Shown: one piece after another, positions 27,725 through 37,170 of the stretch
Numbering within the stretch: position 1 is the first letter of the stretch
How the letters are laid out: the number at the start of each line of letters is the position of its first letter
Origin: Candidatus Saccharimonadota bacterium
GTDB taxonomy: Bacteria; Patescibacteriota; Saccharimonadia; Saccharimonadales; Saccharimonadaceae
Length of the DNA stretch: 64,000 bases
Assembly: GCA_017537745.1 (NCBI GenBank)
Contig: JAFYKF010000011.1
Location: forward strand, 100,779 to 164,778
Direction: 5' to 3'
Made by a program: the position numbers and the translations under genes
Notes under the pieces: model-generated
The model's input: only the letters and a program-made list of their open reading frames with translations
What the model was told of the DNA's origin: nothing
The model's database searches: none

Positions 27725-29290
27725 ATGGGCATTGCGGTAAAACACTTAAATAAGTTGATTACTGGTAATGCTTTTGATTCTCCAAAAATTCTCAAAAAAT
27801 ATTCCAAAGACGCTTCTTCACTTACTATCCCCCCTGTTCTTGTTGTCTTTCCAGAATCCGTCAATGATATTAAAAGAATTCTCAATTTCGCCATTGCTAA
27901 AAATGACCAAAGAAAATCTATTCCTGTAACAGTTCGTGGTTCCGGCCAAAGTACCACCGGTGCCGCTCTCAGCGAAGGTATCGTTATTTCCACCGCCAAA
28001 CTCGACAAACTTCTCGATATCGACGCCCGCGAACGCCTAGTTCGTGTTCAACCAGGCCTCACCATTAGAGAGCTCAATAAGATTCTCTCCGTAAATGGCC
28101 TCTGCATACCAGTTTACGGCCACGATGACGATACTATCGGTGGTCTCATTTCCACCGCTCCCGTAGACCCATATTCCAGTAAATATCGCGGCATTACTAA
28201 ATACATCAGAAAACTCGAAATCATTTTGCCAGACGGTAGCACCATCAAAACTCACCGCGTCCGCCGTCGTGCCGTCGATCGCAAAATCACTTCCAAATCC
28301 ACCGAAGGCATTCTCTATCGCGATATCAGAAGTCTTCTCTCCGCTTACAGTGATACTATTGACAAAATTTCTCGTGACCATATAGGCATGGCCGGATACC
28401 CCAACATCACCAAAGTCGCCAACAAGCATAGCCTCAACCTCACACCGCTTTTCTTTGGCGCCGAAGGTACTCTAGGCATCATTGCTGAAATCACTCTTAA
28501 AGCCGTCCCGAAACAAAAGAAACGCAGTCGCGTTGTTGCTATTTTCCACGAACTCCACACTGCTAGGCACTTCTTAGACACTCTCTCTTCGCTCCGCCCT
28601 CGCCGCCTCGAAATCTACGATAATAAATTCATCCACACCGCCGAATCTACCGGCAAAAAAACTTCCGGTATTATAAATACTGTTCAAAAAGGTTACGTCG
28701 TCTACGCCGAGTTCGACGAGCACCGCCGCATCAAACTTCAAAAAGTCCGCAAATTATCTCCCAAACTCCCCAGCACCGCCCGTCTTTTTATCGAATCACC
28801 CAGTACTAAATCCTGCCTAGATGACATCGAGCAGCTCATCAATAGTAACCTAGTTTCCATGTCAAATACTACCACCATACCGCCTATTAAAGATATCTTC
28901 ATTCCCGCTTGGAATCTCTCTAGCTTTATTAACGATATTAGCCTCATCGAAGAAGCCCTCAAACTTGATCTAATTTTCTATGGTTCTTATTCCACCTCTA
29001 ACTACCACATCATTCCAAATTTCGACGACGCATCCACCATTACACCGCAAGCCATCAAAAAGTTTTATAAAGCTCTCTTGCTATTTATCGAGCGCGAAGG
29101 TGGCTCTATCGCCGGCGGCACACCCGAAGGCCGCACCAAGGCACCTATCACCAATGCCAACCTATCAACTACCGAGCGCGACTTATACCTCGCCATTAAA
29201 CACGCCTTTGATCCAAAAGACGTTCTCAACCCCAGCGCCAAACTCGGCGCCTCTCCAGATTTCGCTATCGACAAATTATTAAAAAATTGA
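27725..29290 (+). CDS. FAD-binding oxidoreductase (GlcD / D-lactate dehydrogenase-like)
   Basis: RGSGQSTTG, VQPG, GAEGTLGII and FDPKDVLNP. Confidence 0.8.
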   Translation: MGIAVKHLNKLITGNAFDSPKILKKYSKDASSLTIPPVLVVFPESVNDIKRILNFAIAKNDQRKSIPVTVRGSGQSTTGAALSEGIVISTAKLDKLLDIDARERLVRVQPGLTIRELNKILSVNGLCIPVYGHDDDTIGGLISTAPVDPYSSKYRGITKYIRKLEIILPDGSTIKTHRVRRRAVDRKITSKSTEGILYRDIRSLLSAYSDTIDKISRDHIGMAGYPNITKVANKHSLNLTPLFFGAEGTLGIIAEITLKAVPKQKKRSRVVAIFHELHTARHFLDTLSSLRPRRLEIYDNKFIHTAESTGKKTSGIINTVQKGYVVYAEFDEHRRIKLQKVRKLSPKLPSTARLFIESPSTKSCLDDIEQLINSNLVSMSNTTTIPPIKDIFIPAWNLSSFINDISLIEEALKLDLIFYGSYSTSNYHIIPNFDDASTITPQAIKKFYKALLLFIEREGGSIAGGTPEGRTKAPITNANLSTTERDLYLAIKHAFDPKDVLNPSAKLGASPDFAIDKLLKN

Positions 29291-29509
29291 CGAAGCAGCA
29301 ATTCTCATTTCTACGCAACCCGTAGAAACATTTCTCACCACCAAGTCTACACCATTACATGCTCTCTCCACTCGATGTGTCACCCAACCGGATGAATTCC
29401 TTACTACGAGCGAGTTAGATACTAAACTTCCTTCAATGTACGATGAGCTCCCATCGGGAGCACGATAAATTACTCCATTTCTTACTAGCATCTCTTCGAG
29501 ATACCCCAT
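29279..29509 (-). CDS. small hypothetical protein with internal LVVRN repeats
   Basis: Strong AAGGAGGTG RBS and an upstream TTGCAT-17-TATATT promoter. Confidence 0.55.
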   Translation of the reverse strand: MGYLEEMLVRNGVIYRAPDGSSSYIEGSLVSNSLVVRNSSGWVTHRVERACNGVDLVVRNVSTGCVEMRIAASSIF

Positions 29510-29620
29510 TTCACCTCCTTTTTAATCTACTTTTTTAAACACATTTTTTCAAATATATCGCAACTCACATCAAAATGCAAGCTCTAGCGATTAATTTTTT
29601 AATTTTAATAATAATATAAA

Positions 29621-30541
29621 CTATCCGAATATTCCACGTTTCTTTGAATTGCGAAATTCTTCCAATAACTCTTTTTGTTTTCTAGACAAATTCTTTGGCG
29701 TTTCCACGATCACTGTCACAATATGTGGGCCTCTATCCCCATCTGCTCTAAATGGTACCCCATGTCCAGATAATTTAAATGGCGTACCACTTTGCGTACC
29801 GGCCGGAACTTTCATTCGCACTGTGCCATCTACGGTCTGTACATCAATTTCACAGCCAAGCGCGGCATCCACCATGCTAATAACCTCTTCAGAAAGAATA
29901 ATCGCACCTTCTCGTGTCAAATTCTTATGTGGTCGCACCCTTACTCTTACATACAAATCACCCGGCTCACCGCCTTCAGCTGGAGCTGGACCACCTTTAC
30001 CAGACAACCTCACCGCTTGCCCATCATCAATACCAGCTGGAATTTTAACTTTCAAATCCTTATCTTCTACCGTCACGCTTTTCGTTGTACCAAATACTGC
30101 TTCTTCAAACGTCAACGTCACCGACGTTTGATAATCAGCTCCCCTTCGCGTTCTTCTAGAAGCTCCGCCAAACCCAAACATGTTTCCTAGTATATCATCA
30201 AATATACCACCCCCTCCATTACCACCAAAATCAAATTTAAATGATTGCCCACCAAAGTTAAATGCCCCACCTTGCGCAAATGGATTACCAGAAAATCCTC
30301 CACCACTAGCTCCACCCACACCAGCGTGACCAAACTGATCGTAGCGTGCCCGTTTTTGTTTGTCGCTCAAAACTTCATGCGCTTCCGAGATTTCCTTGAA
30401 TTTCGCTTCGGCCTCTTTATCGCCAGGATTCTTATCCGGATGATATTTAACAGCCAACTTACGATAGGCTTTCTTGATCTCATCATCAGACGCATTTTTG
30501 CTTACGCCCAAAACCTCATAATAATCTCGTTTCTCTGCCAT
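29621..30541 (-). CDS. dnaJ: DnaJ-class chaperone lacking the zinc finger
   Basis: J domain with HPD, a G/F-rich region and the C-terminal domain; no CxxCxGxG repeats. Confidence 0.92.
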   Translation of the reverse strand: MAEKRDYYEVLGVSKNASDDEIKKAYRKLAVKYHPDKNPGDKEAEAKFKEISEAHEVLSDKQKRARYDQFGHAGVGGASGGGFSGNPFAQGGAFNFGGQSFKFDFGGNGGGGIFDDILGNMFGFGGASRRTRRGADYQTSVTLTFEEAVFGTTKSVTVEDKDLKVKIPAGIDDGQAVRLSGKGGPAPAEGGEPGDLYVRVRVRPHKNLTREGAIILSEEVISMVDAALGCEIDVQTVDGTVRMKVPAGTQSGTPFKLSGHGVPFRADGDRGPHIVTVIVETPKNLSRKQKELLEEFRNSKKRGIFG

Positions 30542-30588
30542 TTATCTTATCCTAACCATATATATAATATATAGTATATTATATACAA

Positions 30589-30615
30589 TTGGCACTTTAG
30601 AGTCAAGAGTGCTAA
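30589..30615. promoter_or_regulatory. CIRCE (HrcA operator) upstream of dnaJ
   Basis: TTGGCACTT-N9-GAGTGCTAA, against the consensus TTAGCACTC-N9-GAGTGCTAA. Confidence 0.85.
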
Positions 30616-30625
30616 TCGTCCCCTT

Positions 30626-31531
30626 TTATTCGACTACAACGCTCAAAGAACGCGTCTCAATCGATAATTGCTCATCACCCGATAAACCAACTAGCCATTC
30701 AGATAAGCTCACCATCGGATCGCCACTTTCCGTCAAGACAAACCCTTTTTTAACCCCATTCCCACTTATATAAATCGCCACATAATCCCTTCCATAAAAG
30801 TCATCCATTCTCACGGTCACGCTAAATCTTTCTTCCTCATTTAATACTATTTTGAAGAAATAAGTTAGGTCTGGTTGTTCATATTCTCTTTTTAATGAAG
30901 CCTCATCAATTACAACATTATACACACCACTATCCGGATATTCTGCCACCAAGAAGTCAGATAAGGCATCCACTACCACCAAAGATGGTTTAGCCCCAAA
31001 AGTATAATCTAGCTGATAAGAGTTCTCCCATTCAGGCTCAGAACCAAATAGACTCTTACAAGCCCAGCTATCATACAACTGAAGGTTCTTTGGCAAACAA
31101 GTTACCACTACCGTATAACCACCGAGATAAGGGTTATTCTCGTTTGAAGACCACTCAAACCATACGTTATATGATTGTTTAATACTTGCTATATCAACAA
31201 TAAAACTGCCGGTATTGATATTTGTTTTCTTGTCATACTCCTGCTCAGCCGTTCCATTTCTTACAACGGCACCAGAATCCGGAATCTCATATCCTTCCGG
31301 TACATTAAGCTTCACTACTTCATAAAGTCCATTAAAAATCCTATCCTTCTGGTTTTGCGGCATATCCGCATACACAGATGACAGATTATCAATCCTTATT
31401 TCCTTGCCGTATGGATTACCTCTCAAAAGCCCAGCTAACACGAAGGCCAAAACAACTATTATGATACCACCAACCACACCAATAGCCACCATCGGCCTCT
31501 CTTTGATTCTAGCAATAATATTGTCCATCAT
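30626..31531 (-). CDS. membrane-anchored hypothetical protein in the T4SS operon
   Basis: N-terminal TM helix; located downstream of the cell-wall hydrolase gene. Confidence 0.7.
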   Translation of the reverse strand: MMDNIIARIKERPMVAIGVVGGIIIVVLAFVLAGLLRGNPYGKEIRIDNLSSVYADMPQNQKDRIFNGLYEVVKLNVPEGYEIPDSGAVVRNGTAEQEYDKKTNINTGSFIVDIASIKQSYNVWFEWSSNENNPYLGGYTVVVTCLPKNLQLYDSWACKSLFGSEPEWENSYQLDYTFGAKPSLVVVDALSDFLVAEYPDSGVYNVVIDEASLKREYEQPDLTYFFKIVLNEEERFSVTVRMDDFYGRDYVAIYISGNGVKKGFVLTESGDPMVSLSEWLVGLSGDEQLSIETRSLSVVVE

Positions 31532-31537
31532 ACTCCT

Positions 31538-33364
31538 TTAATCCCCTACTATCTCAGCTAATTTATTTAAATCCACTAATGCATCATAATATACAATAGC
31601 CCCTCCAAACAGTGTGTTCCGGAAATAGCCACTGCTAATTTTCACATGACTGACTTGCGCATTTCGCCCACCCGTATCTCTATTATATGCAGCATCAACT
31701 ATCGTAACATCATCACCGTTAACTGCAACGATTATTCCAGTATGCCCGTATGTACTGCCCGGAGAATAAATAGAAAACAGCGTAAAGGGCCTCGGATCAT
31801 CGCCACGCTCCAAACTATGCGCCACAGAAAGTGCGCGGCCAACGTAACCACCATCACCACTTACCCACGACAAACCAGTAAAGAATACCGTAAACCACTG
31901 CGAAAACGACACACAATTGTTTTTTATCCCCAATGCAAGCCATGATGCATCCACATCAGGCCCATTGTAATAATCTGCCAATCTTTGCGCCTGCTCATCG
32001 GTTAACCCGCCATCCACAATGCCGGCCGCACAAACCGAGATAATACTTTCAGCTCCACTTGCGGCATTAGTTATAATTCTTGCAAAAGTTTCTTGGCCCT
32101 TTGAATTCGGGTGAACTCCATCAACACTCAAATACTCACTTGGGTGAGATTGTACCATAGCTTTCCAATCAGCAATCGAAACGTTTGAATTGGAATTCTT
32201 AGCTTTGGTGTAATTATTATTATTACCAAGATAGTCATTTGCAGTTGAATAGTTGGTAACGAAAATTACTTTTCTCGACCCCCCAGCAGTCTTAACTACC
32301 TCATCAACTTGAGATGCTGTCACAGTACTGTTGGTGCCCAAAGCATAGATTACTGTCCCCCTCAAACTATCACTCTCGGCTAATTCTTGTAAAATAGTAA
32401 AACCACCAGGATTATCTGAATCACCAGTATAGAACTGCTTGCTTACTTGTGCATGAATATCCGCCTGCGGCATCAATTCCAGTATTTCTTCTTGGCTCCC
32501 AACCGTTATAGAATCACCGATAATAGTCACGTCGCTTCCATCAATCGAGCTAGCAGTAGTCGCACTAATGGAATTCCCAAGTATTGAGTCTACGTAATCA
32601 TACCAATACGATGCATGCTCACTGCGCTCTTCAGCAGCCTCGCTTTTATCACCAGGTCTCTCCATAATCCAAACAAATATCCGCGTTGCATCCTCCGGCG
32701 TCTTCGCCGCATCCATGGCCTCGTGAGGCGTCATACTATCAGAAATGTAATCAAGCCCCATCGTTCCACCCTTATTACGATATGAACCAACATTAATAGT
32801 TTCAAACTCACTAGTTGGACCAAAGAAATAATCGAGCTGTACCGCCAACCAAGCATTTAGTACATCATTGGGAACCTCTTTCAATGGAAAACCAGTTTCC
32901 GGATCATATTCTGTATATTTTATATCAAAATACTCATTAAAAAGGCTTGAGGTTCTCGAATCGGAACGCAGTGGCCCAAGTATCGGTGAATTATTGATAC
33001 CATCTCCAGTAAACTGCGCTATACCGTATCCAGGGCCAGATTTTTTATCTCCTTCAAATCGAAAAGGGTTAAAACCAGATTCACCCTCAAAATTAGCCAA
33101 AATGCCAGCAATACCATTTTCAGAAAGAACAAATCCTCTTTCATTATTACCAGAAAGATAGTTTGTTACCTTAGCCATCACGGTATCACCGCTCAGGTTC
33201 ATAGACGAATAGCAACCGCGTTCCTTCCCGGGTTCAAAGAAAAAGATATTATTAAGACCATAAAAATGCAGAGTCTCTTCGTCAATTGCAAATACCGAAG
33301 CCGGAAATGCAACCACTAACACCAGAGATATTATCGCCGCCAATAATCTCTTTGCAAATCTCAT
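31538..33364 (-). CDS. secreted peptidoglycan-active protein: tail-tip-lysozyme-like + SGNH + CHAP domains (VirB1-like role)
   Basis: Signal peptide; GIAGILANFEGESGFNP (lysozyme-like); IGDSI...LGTN...DGVHP (SGNH); NNCVSF...GHTGII (CHAP). Confidence 0.82.
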   Translation of the reverse strand: MRFAKRLLAAIISLVLVVAFPASVFAIDEETLHFYGLNNIFFFEPGKERGCYSSMNLSGDTVMAKVTNYLSGNNERGFVLSENGIAGILANFEGESGFNPFRFEGDKKSGPGYGIAQFTGDGINNSPILGPLRSDSRTSSLFNEYFDIKYTEYDPETGFPLKEVPNDVLNAWLAVQLDYFFGPTSEFETINVGSYRNKGGTMGLDYISDSMTPHEAMDAAKTPEDATRIFVWIMERPGDKSEAAEERSEHASYWYDYVDSILGNSISATTASSIDGSDVTIIGDSITVGSQEEILELMPQADIHAQVSKQFYTGDSDNPGGFTILQELAESDSLRGTVIYALGTNSTVTASQVDEVVKTAGGSRKVIFVTNYSTANDYLGNNNNYTKAKNSNSNVSIADWKAMVQSHPSEYLSVDGVHPNSKGQETFARIITNAASGAESIISVCAAGIVDGGLTDEQAQRLADYYNGPDVDASWLALGIKNNCVSFSQWFTVFFTGLSWVSGDGGYVGRALSVAHSLERGDDPRPFTLFSIYSPGSTYGHTGIIVAVNGDDVTIVDAAYNRDTGGRNAQVSHVKISSGYFRNTLFGGAIVYYDALVDLNKLAEIVGD

Positions 33365-33381
33365 ACTATTATTATATCACA

Positions 33382-35217
33382 TTAAACTTTACTTTTATCA
33401 GCTGGGTTAGTCGTAATCAAACCTTCCTCAGTCTCCGAAGCAATAATCTGAATATGCACATGGTTCGGCCCCGCGAAGAATAATCCCTGCCCCACCGGGA
33501 AGTTCGCCAATCTTCGTTTCTCTTCTTCTGTCAATTTAAACACATCAGACAGCACATCCACCGCCGACGAAGATTGTTTCAGTAGCAGCTGCATCGACGA
33601 GTTCGCCACAATTGCGCGCCCTAACTTTTGCCCCATAAAGTCTTCCACGTCCTGCGTAATTGTTGTAAGGCCTAGGTAATACTTACGTGCACGCTTCGCA
33701 AGTGAGAACAAGAAGTTTGCCGAATCTTCATACTGCATCAACTGCCACGCCTCATCTACAATTAGAATTCGCTTCTTCTTCTGTGCCCTTACAATATTCC
33801 AAATGTGCGACAATACAATATACATTGCCACCGGACGAAGCTCATCTTCAAGGTCACGAATATTAAATACTACCATTTGGTTATTAATATCTACGTTGGA
33901 TTGTTGCGAGAAAATACCTGCAAACGTACCACTGGTGTACTTGCGAAGCCTTTGCGCCAAAGCCGGCCCCGTCCCTTCCATATGAAGTAAAGTATCGTAC
34001 AAATTCATAATTGTCGGTGGTGTCGACTGATGCGTTAATGGATCCGAAGTGATACCTGCTCTTGCATAAGTGTCAATCAGAGCCTGATCGAGATCTGCTT
34101 CTTCGTTAGCTGTCAAAACTGGCGCCGCTTGCGCACCACCGCTAGCAGACTGAGATACGCCACCAAGCATCAACCTAAACAAACCATGCAAAGTAACCAA
34201 ATTGGCCCGCAAGGCGTCATTTGCATCTTCCGAATCCACCACCTTCGGTAAATCAAATGGATTAATTCTTACATCCGAGTTCAATGAAAGACGTATATAA
34301 GCACCACCTACCGCATCGCACAATCTCTGATACTCATTTTCTGGGTCAATAATCAAAATCTCTGAACCAACCATCATCGAACGCAAAGCCTCAAGTTTCA
34401 CCGTGAAAGATTTACCAGCACCAGACTTTGCAAACACCACCATGTTGGCATTCTCAAGTGAGAACCTATCGAAAATCACCAACCCATTGTTGTGCATATT
34501 AATACCATATAATATACCTTTATCCTGGGTCAAATCAGCTGAAGTGAACGGGAATGAGGTCGAAATTGCACCCGTATTCATATTACGCCGAATCTGTAGC
34601 TGGTCCATACATTGTGGCATTACTGAGTTCAGCCCCTGTTCCTGTTGCGACGACGCCACCTTTGAGAATACCATCTGCTGCCCAAAAATCGTCTCGACTT
34701 TTTGCTGCACAAATTTCAGCTCGTCCAAAGAATCCGCCCAAAGCGAAATATATAGTCCAAATCTAAAAAATCTCTCTGCGCCCACCTGCAATTTATCACG
34801 CAATTCCTCAGCATCGGTAATCGCTGCCTCTAGCTCCGGATCACGCACCTTACCTTTTTCTGCATTAAGATTTAACGAAGCTTCAAGTTGCGTCACCTTC
34901 GTACGCAGGTTCTTCATCACTACCGCTGATTCAACAGGATAAATATACATTGACACGTCAATCACTTCGTCCATATTAATAATCGGTGACAACCAACCGG
35001 TATACAAAGTTCGCGGATAACCATAAACGTACAAAGTCCGGCCATACTTAGTTCCAAGCCTAAAATAATCCGAATGAATTTCAATTGCTGACGGAGAAAT
35101 CAAATCGCGTAAAGTATTTGTTCCTTGCTCAAAAATCTTCTGTATCTCCGCCATTTCTGCCGCTTCAGCTTGCGCTGCAATCTCAGCTGGCGTCAATTGT
35201 TTCTTTTTCTTACTCAT
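33382..35217 (-). CDS. VirB4-like type IV secretion ATPase
   Basis: AKSGAGKS, IIDPENEY, INPFD, IVDEAW, RARKY and TQD. Confidence 0.93.
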   Translation of the reverse strand: MSKKKKQLTPAEIAAQAEAAEMAEIQKIFEQGTNTLRDLISPSAIEIHSDYFRLGTKYGRTLYVYGYPRTLYTGWLSPIINMDEVIDVSMYIYPVESAVVMKNLRTKVTQLEASLNLNAEKGKVRDPELEAAITDAEELRDKLQVGAERFFRFGLYISLWADSLDELKFVQQKVETIFGQQMVFSKVASSQQEQGLNSVMPQCMDQLQIRRNMNTGAISTSFPFTSADLTQDKGILYGINMHNNGLVIFDRFSLENANMVVFAKSGAGKSFTVKLEALRSMMVGSEILIIDPENEYQRLCDAVGGAYIRLSLNSDVRINPFDLPKVVDSEDANDALRANLVTLHGLFRLMLGGVSQSASGGAQAAPVLTANEEADLDQALIDTYARAGITSDPLTHQSTPPTIMNLYDTLLHMEGTGPALAQRLRKYTSGTFAGIFSQQSNVDINNQMVVFNIRDLEDELRPVAMYIVLSHIWNIVRAQKKKRILIVDEAWQLMQYEDSANFLFSLAKRARKYYLGLTTITQDVEDFMGQKLGRAIVANSSMQLLLKQSSSAVDVLSDVFKLTEEEKRRLANFPVGQGLFFAGPNHVHIQIIASETEEGLITTNPADKSKV

Positions 35218-36028
35218 CTTCCTTTTCTCCCTTCTTCACATACAATGTCGCCATTTTTGAAAAATCCACCAACGGCTCTCTCACCGCAGTATCTGGATTA
35301 TTGAAATTATAATAAAGCTCTGCAAGCTCCCTTGTTTTTAATCTTACAGACTGTATACCAATCTGGAACAAACCAGACATCACCGAATCTACACGGTTAT
35401 TAATTTCCGTCATTGCTTTATCGTAAGTCGTTCTATCAATTCTTGTCACTTCCACTTCCTTAGCCTTCGAGAAAGATTTAAAAAAGTTCTTTGTTTGCTG
35501 TATTACTTTTTCTGCATCTGGGGAAGTATAATAAGGTATTATTATGAAAAATGATTTATCCATAATATTAGCCTCTTGTGACAGAATATCGATAAAGTTA
35601 ATATAATCATCCATCAAAACGCCAAGCAACATATTATCATTGTTGCGACGTACTTCCATCAATCGCTCAATATATGGTCCGATATCAACTCTCTGCGATC
35701 TAATCAAAATCTGCGTCGTAAATCTAAGTGAATTCAAAAAATTCTGATACGAATATTCCACCGATTCGCGCTCCACGTCACTCATAAGATCGAAGTTAAT
35801 TGATTTACAAGCCACTACCGCACGAAAAGAACCGTCCTTCATAATCACCACATTGTCACGGATTTCAGAAATCAATAACGCAGACTGCGTTGACGTCGGC
35901 AAATCACGATTCGGCGACACCGGCGCTGCTGCCGCTGCACCCATTGCCGCTGCTCCCATATTTTGCATCTGCGGCTGCATCTGCGGATTTTGATTTGGTA
36001 AAATTTGTTGAGGTTGTTGTGGATTCAT
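35210..36028 (-). CDS. T4SS-associated protein (VirB4/TraC N-terminal-like)
   Basis: STQSALLISEIRDNVVIMKDG...SINFDL; overlaps the virB4 start. Confidence 0.7.
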   Translation of the reverse strand: MNPQQPQQILPNQNPQMQPQMQNMGAAAMGAAAAAPVSPNRDLPTSTQSALLISEIRDNVVIMKDGSFRAVVACKSINFDLMSDVERESVEYSYQNFLNSLRFTTQILIRSQRVDIGPYIERLMEVRRNNDNMLLGVLMDDYINFIDILSQEANIMDKSFFIIIPYYTSPDAEKVIQQTKNFFKSFSKAKEVEVTRIDRTTYDKAMTEINNRVDSVMSGLFQIGIQSVRLKTRELAELYYNFNNPDTAVREPLVDFSKMATLYVKKGEKEDE

Positions 36029-36032
36029 AACT

Positions 36033-37091
36033 TTAGTGCAAAGAGACGAACACTTCGCCAGCTTCCTTTCCGTTTATCCTATTAGCTTCTTTCGCGATAG
36101 TCGCAACCGAAAAATCATTATTATTCGCTAATTCCATTATAGCAGGCTTTAGCGGTTTTGTCTCAACATTCTGCGCAGGTTCTTGTGCTGGTTGCTCAGG
36201 CTGTTGCACTGGCTGTTCAGGTTCTTGTACTGGTCGCTCAGGCTGTTGAGACATATTTACGTCTGGCATCACAACAACACTCTCTTCCAATTCCGCCTCA
36301 GCCACCGCACTTGGTACAACCACAGTATTCGCCACTGCCGCCACATCCGCAGTCGGAGTAACATCCGGAACCGACGACACCGCCGGCATTTCCGGAATCA
36401 CGTCTACCACAGACGACTGTTTTTTGCTAGATTCTGGTGCTAAAACCTTACCGTGGCTAAGCTCACGATCATAATCAGCCATATTACCCATATTTGCAGT
36501 TTCACTACGCTTAATCGCCTCACGCATGTTGTCAATCGCCTCTCTCCGTCTTTCTACTGCATCATCATGAATCGCCTGATTCAAATTAGCCGTCTGGTAA
36601 ACATCAAACATATCCTGCGTCGCATTTGCCTCTGCTACCAAGTCCTCTCGCATCGATGATCCAGTCACGCCCTTCACAGAATACCCTTGAGTGTCCACAA
36701 CATTAGCCAAAAACGACAGCCTATGCGTCGCCTCTTCCTCCGACAAATCACGCGTTCTCACATCTTCCACAATCTTAGGCGCCGTAATCAAAATAGTCGA
36801 CTCACGCTGTCCTGGCGTCCATTTTTTAGTCCGAGGTTTCAAATAATAAGAAACAATCGCCGCAAGATACGTTGCCATCGGCTGGTCCTTCTTTATTGGT
36901 AAAGCCAGCACCAAGAACAATAATGCCGGAGGTATTGGCAAAATCGCAAGCAGCGGAAATAATTGAAACAACCCCACCGTCACAGCAATACACCCACCAG
37001 CTATCAAAAGATAAACGAACTGCCGAAAACTAAACGGCCCGATAAGCTTATCTTCCGCCTCAACATCTTGAGGCACCTTATATTGCGCCAT
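36033..37091 (-). CDS. PrgI family (VirB3-like) protein with a long low-complexity tail
   Basis: YKVPQDVEAEDKLIGPFSFRQF and two TM helices; P/Q/E-rich repeats. Confidence 0.88.
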   Translation of the reverse strand: MAQYKVPQDVEAEDKLIGPFSFRQFVYLLIAGGCIAVTVGLFQLFPLLAILPIPPALLFLVLALPIKKDQPMATYLAAIVSYYLKPRTKKWTPGQRESTILITAPKIVEDVRTRDLSEEEATHRLSFLANVVDTQGYSVKGVTGSSMREDLVAEANATQDMFDVYQTANLNQAIHDDAVERRREAIDNMREAIKRSETANMGNMADYDRELSHGKVLAPESSKKQSSVVDVIPEMPAVSSVPDVTPTADVAAVANTVVVPSAVAEAELEESVVVMPDVNMSQQPERPVQEPEQPVQQPEQPAQEPAQNVETKPLKPAIMELANNNDFSVATIAKEANRINGKEAGEVFVSLH

Positions 37092-37170
37092 ATATATATT
37101 ATATCATAATAATACTTTTAGGCATAAACAAAAACCATTAAGCCCACCCTAAATCGTTGCCGATTCTCAA

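Noticed and set aside
36170-36260. Short tandem repeats here, and at 48150-48320 and 52580-52640
   Set aside because: These are low-complexity coding linkers (PEQP, PAPK, GS) inside long ORFs.
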